Shown one piece after another: positions 55,232 through 64,000 of a DNA stretch of 64,000 nucleotides. The first letter of the stretch is position 1, and each line of letters opens with the position of its first letter. The DNA lies in assembly GCA_026713545.1 (NCBI GenBank), contig JAPOOG010000041.1, positions 2,931-66,930 on the forward strand. Direction: 5' to 3'. The position numbers were made by a program, and so were the translations under genes. The notes below the pieces were generated by a model. That model worked only from the letters and a program-made list of their open reading frames with translations, was not told the DNA's origin and made no database searches. The DNA is from Bryobacterales bacterium. GTDB taxonomy: Bacteria > Acidobacteriota > Terriglobia > Bryobacterales > UBA6623.

Positions 55232-56845
55232 ATGCCAAAAACATCGTCGATCAAGAACCGCGCCCGGCTGAGCCGCCGCGACATGTTCCGGGGAGGAGGC
55301 CTTGCCGCTTCGGGTTTGATGGCTGGGACGGCCTCGACGGCCGCCGCCGCGATGCCTGCGTCGCCCAGCGTCTACACGCGGGTCGGCGTCAAACCCTTCA
55401 TCAACCTGACGGCGGCCGTCACGATCAACGGCGGCCTGCTGACGTTGCCCAACGTGAAACAAGCGATGGAGGAGGCATCCCATTTTTCCGTCAACTTGGA
55501 CGAGCTGATGGAGGGCGTCGGCAAGCGCCTCGCTGAGATCTTCCAATGTGAGGCGGCCCTTGTCACTTCCGGAGCGGCAGGGTCATTGACGCATGCCACC
55601 TCGGCTTGCCTCGCCGGGGGCGATCCCGAGCGGATTCAGCAGTTGCCTGACCTGACGGGGCTCCGAACGCAAGTCATCATGCCCCGCGAGTCGCGCAATA
55701 CGTATGACCATGCGATTCGAGTCCTCGGCGTGAATATGATTACCGTCGACACCCGCGAGGAATTTTACCGCGCACTGAGCGGCAACACCGCGATGATTTC
55801 CCTGCTCGGCAACGCGGAATCGCGGGGGCCGATCCGCCTCGAGGAGTTCGTCGAAGCCGGCCGCAAGTACGGAGCGCCGGTGCTCGTCGACGCTTCGCCG
55901 GAGTGGCCGCAGTCGCCGGACCCCTACCTGGCGCGCGGCGCCGATCTGGTCGCCTATTCGGGCGGCAAGATCTGCGCCGGCCCACAGTGCAGCGGATTCT
56001 TGATTGGCCGTAAAGACCTTATCCACGCCGCCTGGATGAACAGTGCGCCTCATCATGCTTTCGGCCGCATGATGAAGGTCGGCAAGGAAGAGATCATGGG
56101 CGCGCTGGCCGCCGCCGAGTTCACCTTGAGCCGGCGCAACGTCGAGAACGAACTCGACAAGTGGAACGGATGGATCCGGCGGATTGACGCCAAGCTCAAG
56201 AAGGTTCCGGGGGTGCGGACGAAGCACAACCCGCCCCCGGGAAAGAATCCGCATCCCGTTCTCGAGATCGTCTGGGACTCCGAGCGCATCGGCTACACCG
56301 CTGGCGAGGTCCACGATGTCCTGATGGGCAGCGAGCCTCGGGTTCAGACGCACGCGGGGGGCGAGGGCCACAGTTTCGCTATTCGGGTCGGCAATTGCCG
56401 CGAGGACCAGATCGACGTGGTGGCGGACCGCCTCGCGGAAGTATTCCGCAGCGCTCCCAAGCCGAAACCAGAACGCCAAATGCCTCCGGCAGCGGATGTC
56501 TCCGGCCGTTGGGATGTGGAGATCAGCTTTGTCCGCGGCTCAGCCCGTCATAGCCTGCACTTCGATGCTGAAGGCGGTCATCTGCGCGGAACGCACATCG
56601 GACAACGCGGACAAGGCGAGCTGGCCGGCTCCATCAATGGCAACCACGTCCGCTTCCGCAGTCGATTGACCTACGACGCCGAGCGCAGCGGCTATCTGTT
56701 CGACGGCGAGCTGAGGGGCGCCGAGATCGCCGGCGCTGTCGATCTCGGCGAATACGGCAAGGCCACCTTCAAGGCGTGGCGTCACGAATACGGTAAACCG
56801 CGACGCAAGGATCCTTCCGTTTCCGGGAAGACAGAGAAAATCTAA
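55232..56845 (+). CDS. SelA/DgaE-like PLP-dependent enzyme with Tat signal and extra C-terminal beta domain (paralog 2)
   Basis: SRRDMFRGGG Tat motif, VGVKPFIN, TSGAAG, VLVDAS.E, DLVAYSGGK, GPQCSGFLIGRKDLI and RMMKVGKEE. Confidence 0.82.
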   Translation: MPKTSSIKNRARLSRRDMFRGGGLAASGLMAGTASTAAAAMPASPSVYTRVGVKPFINLTAAVTINGGLLTLPNVKQAMEEASHFSVNLDELMEGVGKRLAEIFQCEAALVTSGAAGSLTHATSACLAGGDPERIQQLPDLTGLRTQVIMPRESRNTYDHAIRVLGVNMITVDTREEFYRALSGNTAMISLLGNAESRGPIRLEEFVEAGRKYGAPVLVDASPEWPQSPDPYLARGADLVAYSGGKICAGPQCSGFLIGRKDLIHAAWMNSAPHHAFGRMMKVGKEEIMGALAAAEFTLSRRNVENELDKWNGWIRRIDAKLKKVPGVRTKHNPPPGKNPHPVLEIVWDSERIGYTAGEVHDVLMGSEPRVQTHAGGEGHSFAIRVGNCREDQIDVVADRLAEVFRSAPKPKPERQMPPAADVSGRWDVEISFVRGSARHSLHFDAEGGHLRGTHIGQRGQGELAGSINGNHVRFRSRLTYDAERSGYLFDGELRGAEIAGAVDLGEYGKATFKAWRHEYGKPRRKDPSVSGKTEKI

Positions 56846-56960
56846 ACCGCTTGGGGCATCTCCAGGAGCAGGGGTCGCACTCTGACGGCTTTGAACTCCT
56901 GAAAACTTTTTTGCAAAGCACCTTGCTGCAATGCCGTAATCAGCGTCTCTGTGACGGTTT

Positions 56961-58661
56961 CTAGCGCGCAGGCCGGCCTGAAGATCCGGATTCCCGGACC
57001 TCGATCATGCGATCGCATTCGATATCCGTCAGGGTTTGAACCGCGCCATGGGTCCAGATGACCTCGAGTTTGCGAATAGACGTCTCTTCCCCAAGACCGA
57101 AGTGGACACGGATATCGCTCGCTGAAAGATAGCTGCCCACCGAACCCACAAACGACTCCTGCATGCGGCCCGACCCGGTCTCGATGCGGATCCGGGCCCC
57201 ACGGCCTTCGTAACTGCCTTGCTCCGCGATCAACTGAACGCTGAGCCAATGGTTCGAGGACCCAGTAACATTCTTCAGGACCAACGCCCGCTCGTTGTTG
57301 GCGTTGACGACGATATCCATTCTTCCGTCGTTGTCGAGGTCGCCAAACGCGGCGCCGCGTCCCGCGGCCGGTTTGCGGAACGCAGAGCCGGCATTCTTCG
57401 ATATATCGAAGAACCGCCCGAATACGTTCTTCAGCATCAGGAAAGGCTCGCGGAAAGCGAGCGCGGGATCGGACCACTCGATGTCATCCATGACGTGGCC
57501 TTGTGCAACGAACAGGTCCCGCCAACCATCGTTGTCGAAGTCGACGAGTCCCGCTCCCCAGCCGGAGTGCATGTCGGTCAGTGGACCCAGCCCGCTTGAT
57601 CCCGCTGCGCTCCGGAACTCTCCGCCACGGTTGCGAAACAGCCAGTAGCTCTGTCGTGCGAGGGCGTTGACGAAGATGTCAGGCTGCCCGTCGTTGTCAT
57701 AGTCGGCAAAGGCGACGCCCATTCCCGCAAAGTCGCGGCCGTCGGCGTCATAGGCAACCCCGGCAGCCACGCCGACCTCCTCGAAGCGCTTGCCGTCGAG
57801 GTTGCGGAAGAGCTGTTGCGGGTATGCATCGTTTGCAACGAAGATGTCGACCCATCCGTCGCGGTCGTAGTCGCCGAGGGCCACGCCGAGGCCCTTACCG
57901 GGGTAAGCACTGATACCGGTTGTGCGAGAGGCATCCTCAAACTTTCCTTGACCGGTGTTTCGGAAAAGCAGGTGTTCGATGGGCGCGAAGCGTCGCGGAT
58001 GGCAATAGGAGTGCCGATCGGGCAGGCCGTCGCCGCACGGAATGTTCCTGGAAAAGTCCCAGTCCAGATAGCGCGCCACGAAGAGATCGAGTTGGCCGTC
58101 GCGGTCGTAGTCGACGAAGGCGGCGCCCGACGACCATCCCCTTCCCTCTACTCCGGCTTCCGCACTTACATCAGTGAACGAGCCGTTGCCGTCGTTTTCC
58201 AGCAGGATGTTGAGGCCGAAGTTCGTGACGTAGAGGTCGGGGTCACCGTCGTTGTCGTAGTCTCCGACAGCCGCGCCCATGCCGTAGCCCCGGCCCGCTG
58301 CACCGGCGGCTTCGGTGACGTCCTTGAAGCGCCAGTCTCCGAGGTTGCGATAGAGCCGGTTCCAGTAGGCCGGGTCGGTCTTGTCGGGCTCCGCACCGTC
58401 AGGCATGGGGGCATCGAGCGCGGCTCCGTTCACGAGATAGATATCGAGCAGTCCGTCTCCGTCGTAGTCGAGGAGAGCCACTCCCGAGCCCATCGTCTCG
58501 ATCAGATACTTCTGCGATGTTCGTCCGGAACGATGCTCGAAAGAGACGCCGCCCGATTCGGCCACGTCAACGAACCTGGGCGAAACGAGCCCCGGTTGCG
58601 CCTGAAGCAGGAGAGTGACTCCAAGCATGCCGGCGATCAGTACCGTGCGCAGGATGGGCAT
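56961..58661 (-). CDS. CRTAC1 family protein (FG-GAP/VCBS repeats + ASPIC/UnbV)
   Basis: Signal peptide, GSGVALLDYDGDG..D, GMG.AVGDYDNDG, GRGAAFGDLDNDG and a C-terminal NHWLSV...GA.I...YLSASD.RVHFGLG. Start ATG 58661. Confidence 0.9.
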   Translation of the reverse strand: MPILRTVLIAGMLGVTLLLQAQPGLVSPRFVDVAESGGVSFEHRSGRTSQKYLIETMGSGVALLDYDGDGLLDIYLVNGAALDAPMPDGAEPDKTDPAYWNRLYRNLGDWRFKDVTEAAGAAGRGYGMGAAVGDYDNDGDPDLYVTNFGLNILLENDGNGSFTDVSAEAGVEGRGWSSGAAFVDYDRDGQLDLFVARYLDWDFSRNIPCGDGLPDRHSYCHPRRFAPIEHLLFRNTGQGKFEDASRTTGISAYPGKGLGVALGDYDRDGWVDIFVANDAYPQQLFRNLDGKRFEEVGVAAGVAYDADGRDFAGMGVAFADYDNDGQPDIFVNALARQSYWLFRNRGGEFRSAAGSSGLGPLTDMHSGWGAGLVDFDNDGWRDLFVAQGHVMDDIEWSDPALAFREPFLMLKNVFGRFFDISKNAGSAFRKPAAGRGAAFGDLDNDGRMDIVVNANNERALVLKNVTGSSNHWLSVQLIAEQGSYEGRGARIRIETGSGRMQESFVGSVGSYLSASDIRVHFGLGEETSIRKLEVIWTHGAVQTLTDIECDRMIEVRESGSSGRPAR

Positions 58662-58802
58662 CGCGATCAGATCCCACCATAGCGGCAACGAGCAGTACTG
58701 ACAATCGCCGGGGCGACGCTGACGCCGCGATCGACTTCGCACATTGACGCGAAAAGTATTCTACGCCGTCATGAAGATGATGGATAATAAGGTCCACGGC
58801 AA

Positions 58803-60713
58803 ATGACCGACACGCTTCGAGCAATCGCCTGTCTGTTGCTCGCCTGTGGAATGACGAGCGGGCAGCAGTTGTCTCCCCAGGCACGCGAGCGCATGGAGCG
58901 TGCGCACCAGATTCCTCAGAGAGCGCCGGCTTCGGAAGTTGCCCAGGAACTGACCCAGCAGGCAGCGGAGGTGCGGCCGGGCGGCGCGGCCGTGAAATCG
59001 CCGGTCGAGCGGCGGAACTTCATCGACGAGCATATCTTCGGCCGGATCGAGCGCGACGGCATCCCTCACGCCGGGCCGACGTCGGATCGTGAGTTTGCGC
59101 GGCGTGCCTATTTGGATGCGACGGGCCGCATCCCGCCAGTCGATGAGTTGCTGGCCTTCCTCGATGATACCGACGCCGAGAAGCGTGACAAGCTGGTGGT
59201 TCGACTGGTCGACAGCGAGGAGTTCATCGAACGCTGGTCCTACTACTTCGAGGACCTCTTCCGGGCTGGCAACCGCATGGGGTTCGGCAAGAACCTCTTT
59301 CACTATTGGATCGTGGAATGGCTGCGTCTCGACCGCTCGTACGCCGATGTGGCGACGGACTTGTTGACCCAGGGTGGAAAGAGCAGCCATTCGTCGCCGG
59401 GTGCGCTGTATTTTGCGCGCGATTTCGTCAAGGCCAAAGACGATCCGGAAGAGCCGGACGCGCTCGATCTGGTGAACCGCGCCGACGCGATCGACGAATT
59501 CACGATCACATACAGCAAGGTGCTGCTCGGCATGAATCCGGGTTGCATCTCCTGCCACGATGGAGCGGGGCATCTCGAGAAAGTGAACGTGTTCTTCTCA
59601 CGCAAAACGCGCGAGGAGTTTTTTCAGCAGGCGTCTTTCTTCGGCAGGACGCGGATGGTGATGAACTGGGAGAACGGCTTCCAGGCAAATACCGAATACA
59701 CGGTAGATGATGTCGAGCCCGGGTATCCGACCAGCGGCGAGAGTATCGTTCGCGTCCCGCGGACGGGCGGGTCGAACGAGCCGCGATTCATCCTGACGGG
59801 CGAGGCGGCGCGGCCAGAAGCCATGCCCCGGGACGAGTTGGCTCGGCTGCTGACGGAGCATATCCAGTTTTCGCGAGCCATCACGAATCGTATCTGGGCG
59901 GAGTTGATGGGATTCGGCATAGTCGAGCCGCTGGACGACTTCGACCTGGCGCGGTACTACCCGGACCAGGAACTGCCTGAGGGCTGGTCGATGCAGCCCT
60001 CGAACTCGCAACTGCTGGATACGATGGCGCGCGATTTTCAGACGCACGGTTACAGCTTCAAGCATCTGGTGCGGACGATCATGAAGTCCAATGCCTACCG
60101 GCTCTCTTCGAAGTTCGACGGTGAATGGAAGCCCGAGTATGCGAACTACTATCCGCGGAAGTTCGTGCGCATGTTGAGCGCGGCGGAACTGCACGACTCG
60201 ATTGTCACGGCGACGGCGCGGCCAGGGTCTTATAAGAGCGGAGTGGATGATGTCGCCACGGCGATGGCGTTGCTGGACCCGGCGCACGTGAATCGCGAGG
60301 TGAAGGAGTTCCTGCGGGCGTTCGGACAGCAGAGCCGCGACTCGCTGCCGGTGAAGACCGCGAGGTCGTCGCTGCAGGCGATGATGATGATGAATTCGCA
60401 GGTTGTGCTCGATCGCGTGAAGGCGGAAGGCAACAGCCGGGTCGATCAACTGCTCGGACGCCTCGAAGATGACCGTATCGTGATCGAGCAGAGTTTCCGA
60501 ACGGCGATCGGGCGCGAGCCGAGCGCCGCGGAACGGGAACGGGTTCTCGACCGCGGCCTGGTGGAGAAGATCTATCTGGCGACTCTGTCGCGGCGCCCGT
60601 TGCCGGCGGAGATGGAAATCTCCCTGAGCGCTCTGCACGAGGACCGCAAGCAGGGGATGGAGAACTTGCAGTGGGCACTGCTGAACAAACCTGAATTCCT
60701 GTTCAACTATTAG
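58803..60713 (+). CDS. DUF1549 + DUF1553 domain protein (no N-terminal cytochrome domain)
   Basis: NFIDEHIF, SDREFARRAYLD.TGRIP, CISCHDG, FSRA.TNRIW..LMG.GIVEP.DD and LQWALLNKPEFLFNY. Confidence 0.88.
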   Translation: MTDTLRAIACLLLACGMTSGQQLSPQARERMERAHQIPQRAPASEVAQELTQQAAEVRPGGAAVKSPVERRNFIDEHIFGRIERDGIPHAGPTSDREFARRAYLDATGRIPPVDELLAFLDDTDAEKRDKLVVRLVDSEEFIERWSYYFEDLFRAGNRMGFGKNLFHYWIVEWLRLDRSYADVATDLLTQGGKSSHSSPGALYFARDFVKAKDDPEEPDALDLVNRADAIDEFTITYSKVLLGMNPGCISCHDGAGHLEKVNVFFSRKTREEFFQQASFFGRTRMVMNWENGFQANTEYTVDDVEPGYPTSGESIVRVPRTGGSNEPRFILTGEAARPEAMPRDELARLLTEHIQFSRAITNRIWAELMGFGIVEPLDDFDLARYYPDQELPEGWSMQPSNSQLLDTMARDFQTHGYSFKHLVRTIMKSNAYRLSSKFDGEWKPEYANYYPRKFVRMLSAAELHDSIVTATARPGSYKSGVDDVATAMALLDPAHVNREVKEFLRAFGQQSRDSLPVKTARSSLQAMMMMNSQVVLDRVKAEGNSRVDQLLGRLEDDRIVIEQSFRTAIGREPSAAERERVLDRGLVEKIYLATLSRRPLPAEMEISLSALHEDRKQGMENLQWALLNKPEFLFNY

Positions 60714-60729
60714 CACCAGTGAGGATCAC

Positions 60730-62118
60730 ATGATCAAGACCGTTCGGGATACTCTCCCTTTCCGCCGGGACGTGCTGAAGTTGGGAACGCTGAGCCTGCT
60801 GAGTGGCTTCGTGGAGCAGGGCTTGTGGCCCCCGCGCGTGCGCGCGGCGGGTAAGTCGAATCCCCGAGGGACAGCGCGGAACTGCATCGTGGTCGAGGCG
60901 GCGGGAGCGATCAGCCACACTGACACCTTCGACTTCAAGGAGAACGCCGGAACTCAATCCGATTTCGACGTGCGGCAGATTCGGAACGACCTCTATATCT
61001 CGCACCGCTTGTTCCCCGAGCTGTCGTCGGAAATGGACAAGGTGGCGGTCGTGCGCTCGTTTTGGAGCCACGAGGTGGTTCACTTCCGTGGCGAGTACTA
61101 CACACGGGCCGGACGTCCTTTGAACCCGGCGCAGGTTTCCGAGATTCCGCCAGTGGGTTCCGTAGTGTCTTACGAGCTCGAGCCGCAACGGCGTGAGACG
61201 GATACGTTCCCGACGTTCGTGACATGCAACCTCGGTTCGGCGGCGCTGCCGAGCGGATTCCTGCACCCTCGCTTTTCCGGACTGGATATCAATGCGCAGG
61301 CCGGTGTCGGAAGCGTGTCGGCTCAGGGCGAGGCGCTCGATCTTCTGCAGGAAAGATTTCGTCTGCTTAGCGAGTTGGAGAAGGTCGTCGCCAAAGACTA
61401 CCAAAGCCGCGGGCGCGATCTCACGGGCTTCAGCACATTCCAGCAGGATGCCTACCGGATCCTGGGAGATGGGCGTTGGCCGAGGGCGCTCGACCTTGAG
61501 AATGAAGATCGCAAGCGCTATGGAAAGAATGCGGTCGGGCTCGGTTGTCTGCTGGCGCGGAATCTGATCCAGGCGGACGCGGGCACACGGTGCGTTCACG
61601 TGAAGCATCCGGGATGGGATCACCACAAGAACATCTTCGAACACTCGAAGAAGAGCAATCACTACAATCACTGCACGTCTCTCGACAGAGCGCTGGCGAA
61701 CCTGCTGCGCGATCTCGGGAAAACTTCTTCCCCGCATGATCCTGAGAAAACGCTGCTCGATGACACGATCGTTGTTGTGCCGACCGAGTTTGGGCGCGTG
61801 CCAGGGCCGCTCAACGGCGTGGCCGGGCGGCATCACTACAACAGGTGCTACATCGGCCTGTTCGCAGGCGGCGGCGTAATGGGCGGACGGATCATTGGGC
61901 GCACCGACGCCGCAGGCGAAAACGCCACCGAGACCGGTTGGAAATACGGCATGCAACCGAAGACGGAGAACATCTACGCCTCCGTGTACTCTGCCCTCGG
62001 AATCGACTGGAGAAAAGAGATCACCAACACGCCTTCCAAACGCGTCTACCGTTACGTAGATCCTCTCGGCGCGACAGAGCCTTGTATCGACGACGAGATC
62101 GCAGAACTCTTCGTCTAG
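60730..62118 (+). CDS. DUF1501 domain protein with Tat signal
   Basis: FRRDVLKLG Tat motif, G.ISH.DTFD.K, GWDHH, LLD.T.VVV.TEFGR.P, GR.HY and GGGV.GG..IG.TD. Confidence 0.88.
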   Translation: MIKTVRDTLPFRRDVLKLGTLSLLSGFVEQGLWPPRVRAAGKSNPRGTARNCIVVEAAGAISHTDTFDFKENAGTQSDFDVRQIRNDLYISHRLFPELSSEMDKVAVVRSFWSHEVVHFRGEYYTRAGRPLNPAQVSEIPPVGSVVSYELEPQRRETDTFPTFVTCNLGSAALPSGFLHPRFSGLDINAQAGVGSVSAQGEALDLLQERFRLLSELEKVVAKDYQSRGRDLTGFSTFQQDAYRILGDGRWPRALDLENEDRKRYGKNAVGLGCLLARNLIQADAGTRCVHVKHPGWDHHKNIFEHSKKSNHYNHCTSLDRALANLLRDLGKTSSPHDPEKTLLDDTIVVVPTEFGRVPGPLNGVAGRHHYNRCYIGLFAGGGVMGGRIIGRTDAAGENATETGWKYGMQPKTENIYASVYSALGIDWRKEITNTPSKRVYRYVDPLGATEPCIDDEIAELFV

Positions 62119-62132
62119 GACCGAACGATCTG

Positions 62133-62936
62133 ATGTTGCTGTGTAGGGTCCTGCTGTTGTCTGCGATTGCATCGGGCGCGTTCGCAGACAATGTGGGATC
62201 GCAGAACACTCCTGCGGGCATGGTGCTGATACCGGCGGGAGAGTTCACGATGGGCCGGACGTTCGAGACCACTGATGACAAGCGAGGGATGCGGCCTCTC
62301 GTGTTACGCGATGATCGTCCGGCGCACGTGGTCCGGTTGGGTGCGTATTTCATGGACGCGCATGAGGTGACACAGGCTGCGTATGCGGAGTTCGTGAAAG
62401 CGACCGGTCACCGGACGCCCTATCACTGGATGGATGGAGTGACACCGGAAGGCAAGCAAGACCATCCTGTTCACAATGTCGATTGGCAAGACGCCGATAC
62501 CTACTGCGCCTGGCGGGGCAAGCGGCTTCCGACCGAAGCCGAGTGGGAGCGTGCGGCACGCGGCGGCGAAGAAGGCAAGCGCTACCCATGGGGTGACAAC
62601 AAGCCGGACCGCCAACGGGCGCTTTTCAATACACCGGCAGGTCCTGGGCCGGTCGGTTCTCACCCCTCCAATCCATTTGGTCTGTATGACATGGCGGGGA
62701 GTGTTTCCGAGTGGTGTTCGGACTGGTTCGAGAGGAGGTATTACGAGCGGAGCCCGAAGGACAATCCCCAGGGACCCCCAGAAGGGATGTACAAGATCAT
62801 CCGGGGCGGCTCCTGGACGGATGGGCCACAACGTATTACTGTTTTCTTTCGGAACTGGGTGCGAACCAATCAACGGACGCCGAACTTGGGTTTCCGGTGC
62901 GTGCAGGATGCGTCGGAGACGGATGCGGCACAATGA
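62133..62936 (+). CDS. Secreted FGE-sulfatase (SUMF1/EgtB/PvdO) domain protein
   Basis: Signal peptide, MV.IPAGEFTMG, HEVT...Y..F, RLPTEAEWERAARGG, NPFGLYDMAGSV.EW, RGGSW and GFRC. Start ATG 62133. Confidence 0.9.
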   Translation: MLLCRVLLLSAIASGAFADNVGSQNTPAGMVLIPAGEFTMGRTFETTDDKRGMRPLVLRDDRPAHVVRLGAYFMDAHEVTQAAYAEFVKATGHRTPYHWMDGVTPEGKQDHPVHNVDWQDADTYCAWRGKRLPTEAEWERAARGGEEGKRYPWGDNKPDRQRALFNTPAGPGPVGSHPSNPFGLYDMAGSVSEWCSDWFERRYYERSPKDNPQGPPEGMYKIIRGGSWTDGPQRITVFFRNWVRTNQRTPNLGFRCVQDASETDAAQ

Positions 62937-62991
62937 GGAAGCTGGGACCGCTACGGTTCTTTGGACTGTAAGGAGTCCTCGCTCCACGGCC

Positions 62992-63318
62992 CTACAAACT
63001 CTTCTCCAGTGCCTGCATGATCCAACGGTTCAGGCTCAGGCCGCTCTCTGCCGCCGAGCGCGCAACGCGTTGATGCAAATCCGGCCCTAGCCGAACGTTA
63101 AGCTTGCCCGAGAAGGGTTTCCGGGGCTCGATGCCATCTTCCTTGCAGGACTCGAGATACTCGTCGATGGACCGCTGGAACTCGCGCCGAATTCCCTCGA
63201 CGTCAGTTGCCTCAAAGGTGGCGATCGGATAGGGGCCGCTATTGACGACTCGTCCGTGAAGACGGTCCACGGACTCGTCGAACTCGACCGCAGCGATGTA
63301 TCCCTTGTATTCCATCAT
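62992..63318 (-). CDS. hicB: HicB family antitoxin
   Basis: MEYKGY.A.VEFD, F..S.DEYL..C...G.EP.KPFSGKLNVRL.P.LH and SLN.WI. Confidence 0.9.
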   Translation of the reverse strand: MMEYKGYIAAVEFDESVDRLHGRVVNSGPYPIATFEATDVEGIRREFQRSIDEYLESCKEDGIEPRKPFSGKLNVRLGPDLHQRVARSAAESGLSLNRWIMQALEKSL

Positions 63319-63569
63319 GGCTTGACTCCCACAGCTTCCAGAAATGCGGCGATGTCGCGGACCGTCGCTCTCCCGGTCTCCGGTCCTGGGTGAGACCGGT
63401 GAACCACCATCCGTTCTGATCCCTTCTTCAGTAGCACCCGCGACCCCGAACGCTGTGAGACCTCCACGTCTGCCGCCTTCAACAAGGCGACGATGTCCAC
63501 CCACCGAATGCCAGTCGGCGTCGGCCTCTTGAACATGCTCTCCAAGGCACGCCGATGCTTCGCACGCAC
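63315..63569 (-). CDS. hicA: HicA family toxin
   Basis: KHRRAL..MF.RP.P..IRW.DI..LL, SGSRV and HR.HP. GTG start at 63569; overlaps the hicB start. Confidence 0.85.
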   Translation of the reverse strand: MRAKHRRALESMFKRPTPTGIRWVDIVALLKAADVEVSQRSGSRVLLKKGSERMVVHRSHPGPETGRATVRDIAAFLEAVGVKP

Positions 63570-63692
63570 AAAATCCAGTATAGTACCAAGCAAAGTACCA
63601 TTATGCAGCCGGTCATTTTTTCTGGCTGCCGTTTCCCGTTTCATGGAATCGAGATAAGCTGGGTCTATAGGGGTCCGCAGAGAGGATGCACG

Positions 63693-63834
63693 AGATGATC
63701 CGGGGCGGACGGGCCACAGCGTACAACTGTTTTCTTTCGAAACTGGATGCGTACCAATCAACGGACGCCGAACTTGGGGGCCGGTGGGTGCAGGATGCGC
63801 CGGTGTCGAGCGCGGCGCAGCGAGGCCGGGAAGC
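63693..63834 (+). repeat. Degenerate direct-repeat copy of the 3' end of the FGE-domain gene (62794-62942)
   Basis: ATCCGGGGCGG...ACTGTTTTCTTTCG.AACTGG.TGCG.ACCAATCAACGGACGCCGAACTTGGG...GTGCAGGATGCG is shared. The copy carries deletions and substitutions. Confidence 0.85.
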
Positions 63835-63945
63835 ATCCGGAGCTTGTGGAACAATGGAGTGAACGGCTGAACGCGGGCCGGCGGGCTGCCTATCAGGAGG
63901 GCGCATGAGTTGCGGCGAAGCATTGAATCGGGGTAGGGACAGAGC

Positions 63946-64000
63946 ATGACGAAATCCGCGAGGTTGGCGCTCATCTTGATGGTTTGGTCCACACTGGTCT
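63946..64000 (+). CDS. Possible start of a secreted protein (runs off the right edge)
   Basis: MTKSARLALILMVWSTLV... looks like a signal peptide; only 18 codons are visible. Confidence 0.3.
   Translation, partial: MTKSARLALILMVWSTLV

Noticed and set aside
41243-56845. Selenocysteine synthase (selA) and selenocysteine recoding
   Set aside because: Both proteins have Tat signals and an extra C-terminal domain, with no sel genes nearby. I saw no in-frame TGA in redox genes.
62794-63834. Diversity-generating retroelement (VR in a CLec/FGE target gene, TR downstream)
   Set aside because: Only about 3 of roughly 11 core differences fall at adenines of the putative TR, many adenines are unchanged, there are indels, and no reverse transcriptase is in the window. 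The four-helix-bundle (Avd-like) fragment is about 59 kb away and truncated.
1-64000. CRISPR array
   Set aside because: No regularly spaced identical repeats with unique spacers. The family 3 tandem has only about 1.6 divergent units, and there are no cas genes.

Overview
A gene-dense, high-GC chromosomal segment, most likely from Acidobacteriota (Bryobacterales/Solibacteres-like). The inference rests on a TIGR03437-type C-terminal domain protein, an Acidobacteria-type PQQ-family dehydrogenase and two DUF1549/DUF1553+DUF1501 pairs. Housekeeping blocks are aguB-aguA-thrB, xseB-ispA-tlyA-nadK, tRNA-Val(CAC), rph-rdgB-ribB(X), menC/NSAR-GNAT-mazG and kdsB. A respiratory operon encodes a Rieske protein, a split cytochrome b, a 1001-aa octaheme cytochrome c, an amicyanin-like copper lipoprotein, ctaA, ctaB and an unannotated 36-aa membrane peptide. 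These blocks alternate with accessory DNA: many exported proteins of unknown function, two toxin-antitoxin modules (vapBC, hicAB), two MITE families, a third repeat family lacking terminal inverted repeats, several pseudogene fragments and att-like scars. No CRISPR array, rRNA, intact transposase, integrase or reverse transcriptase was seen. The most intriguing items are two Tat-signal SelA/DgaE-like PLP enzymes (one inside a possible sugar-acid/amino-sugar oxidation module with a lanthanide-signature PQQ dehydrogenase), the bc-octaheme-cupredoxin operon, the ~110-bp TGACC-bounded repeat, and a hicAB cassette bracketed by a duplicated gene 3' end. All family assignments come from motifs read by eye; no searches were run. 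Where start codons differ from the ORF track, they were chosen by RBS, signal peptide or homology.
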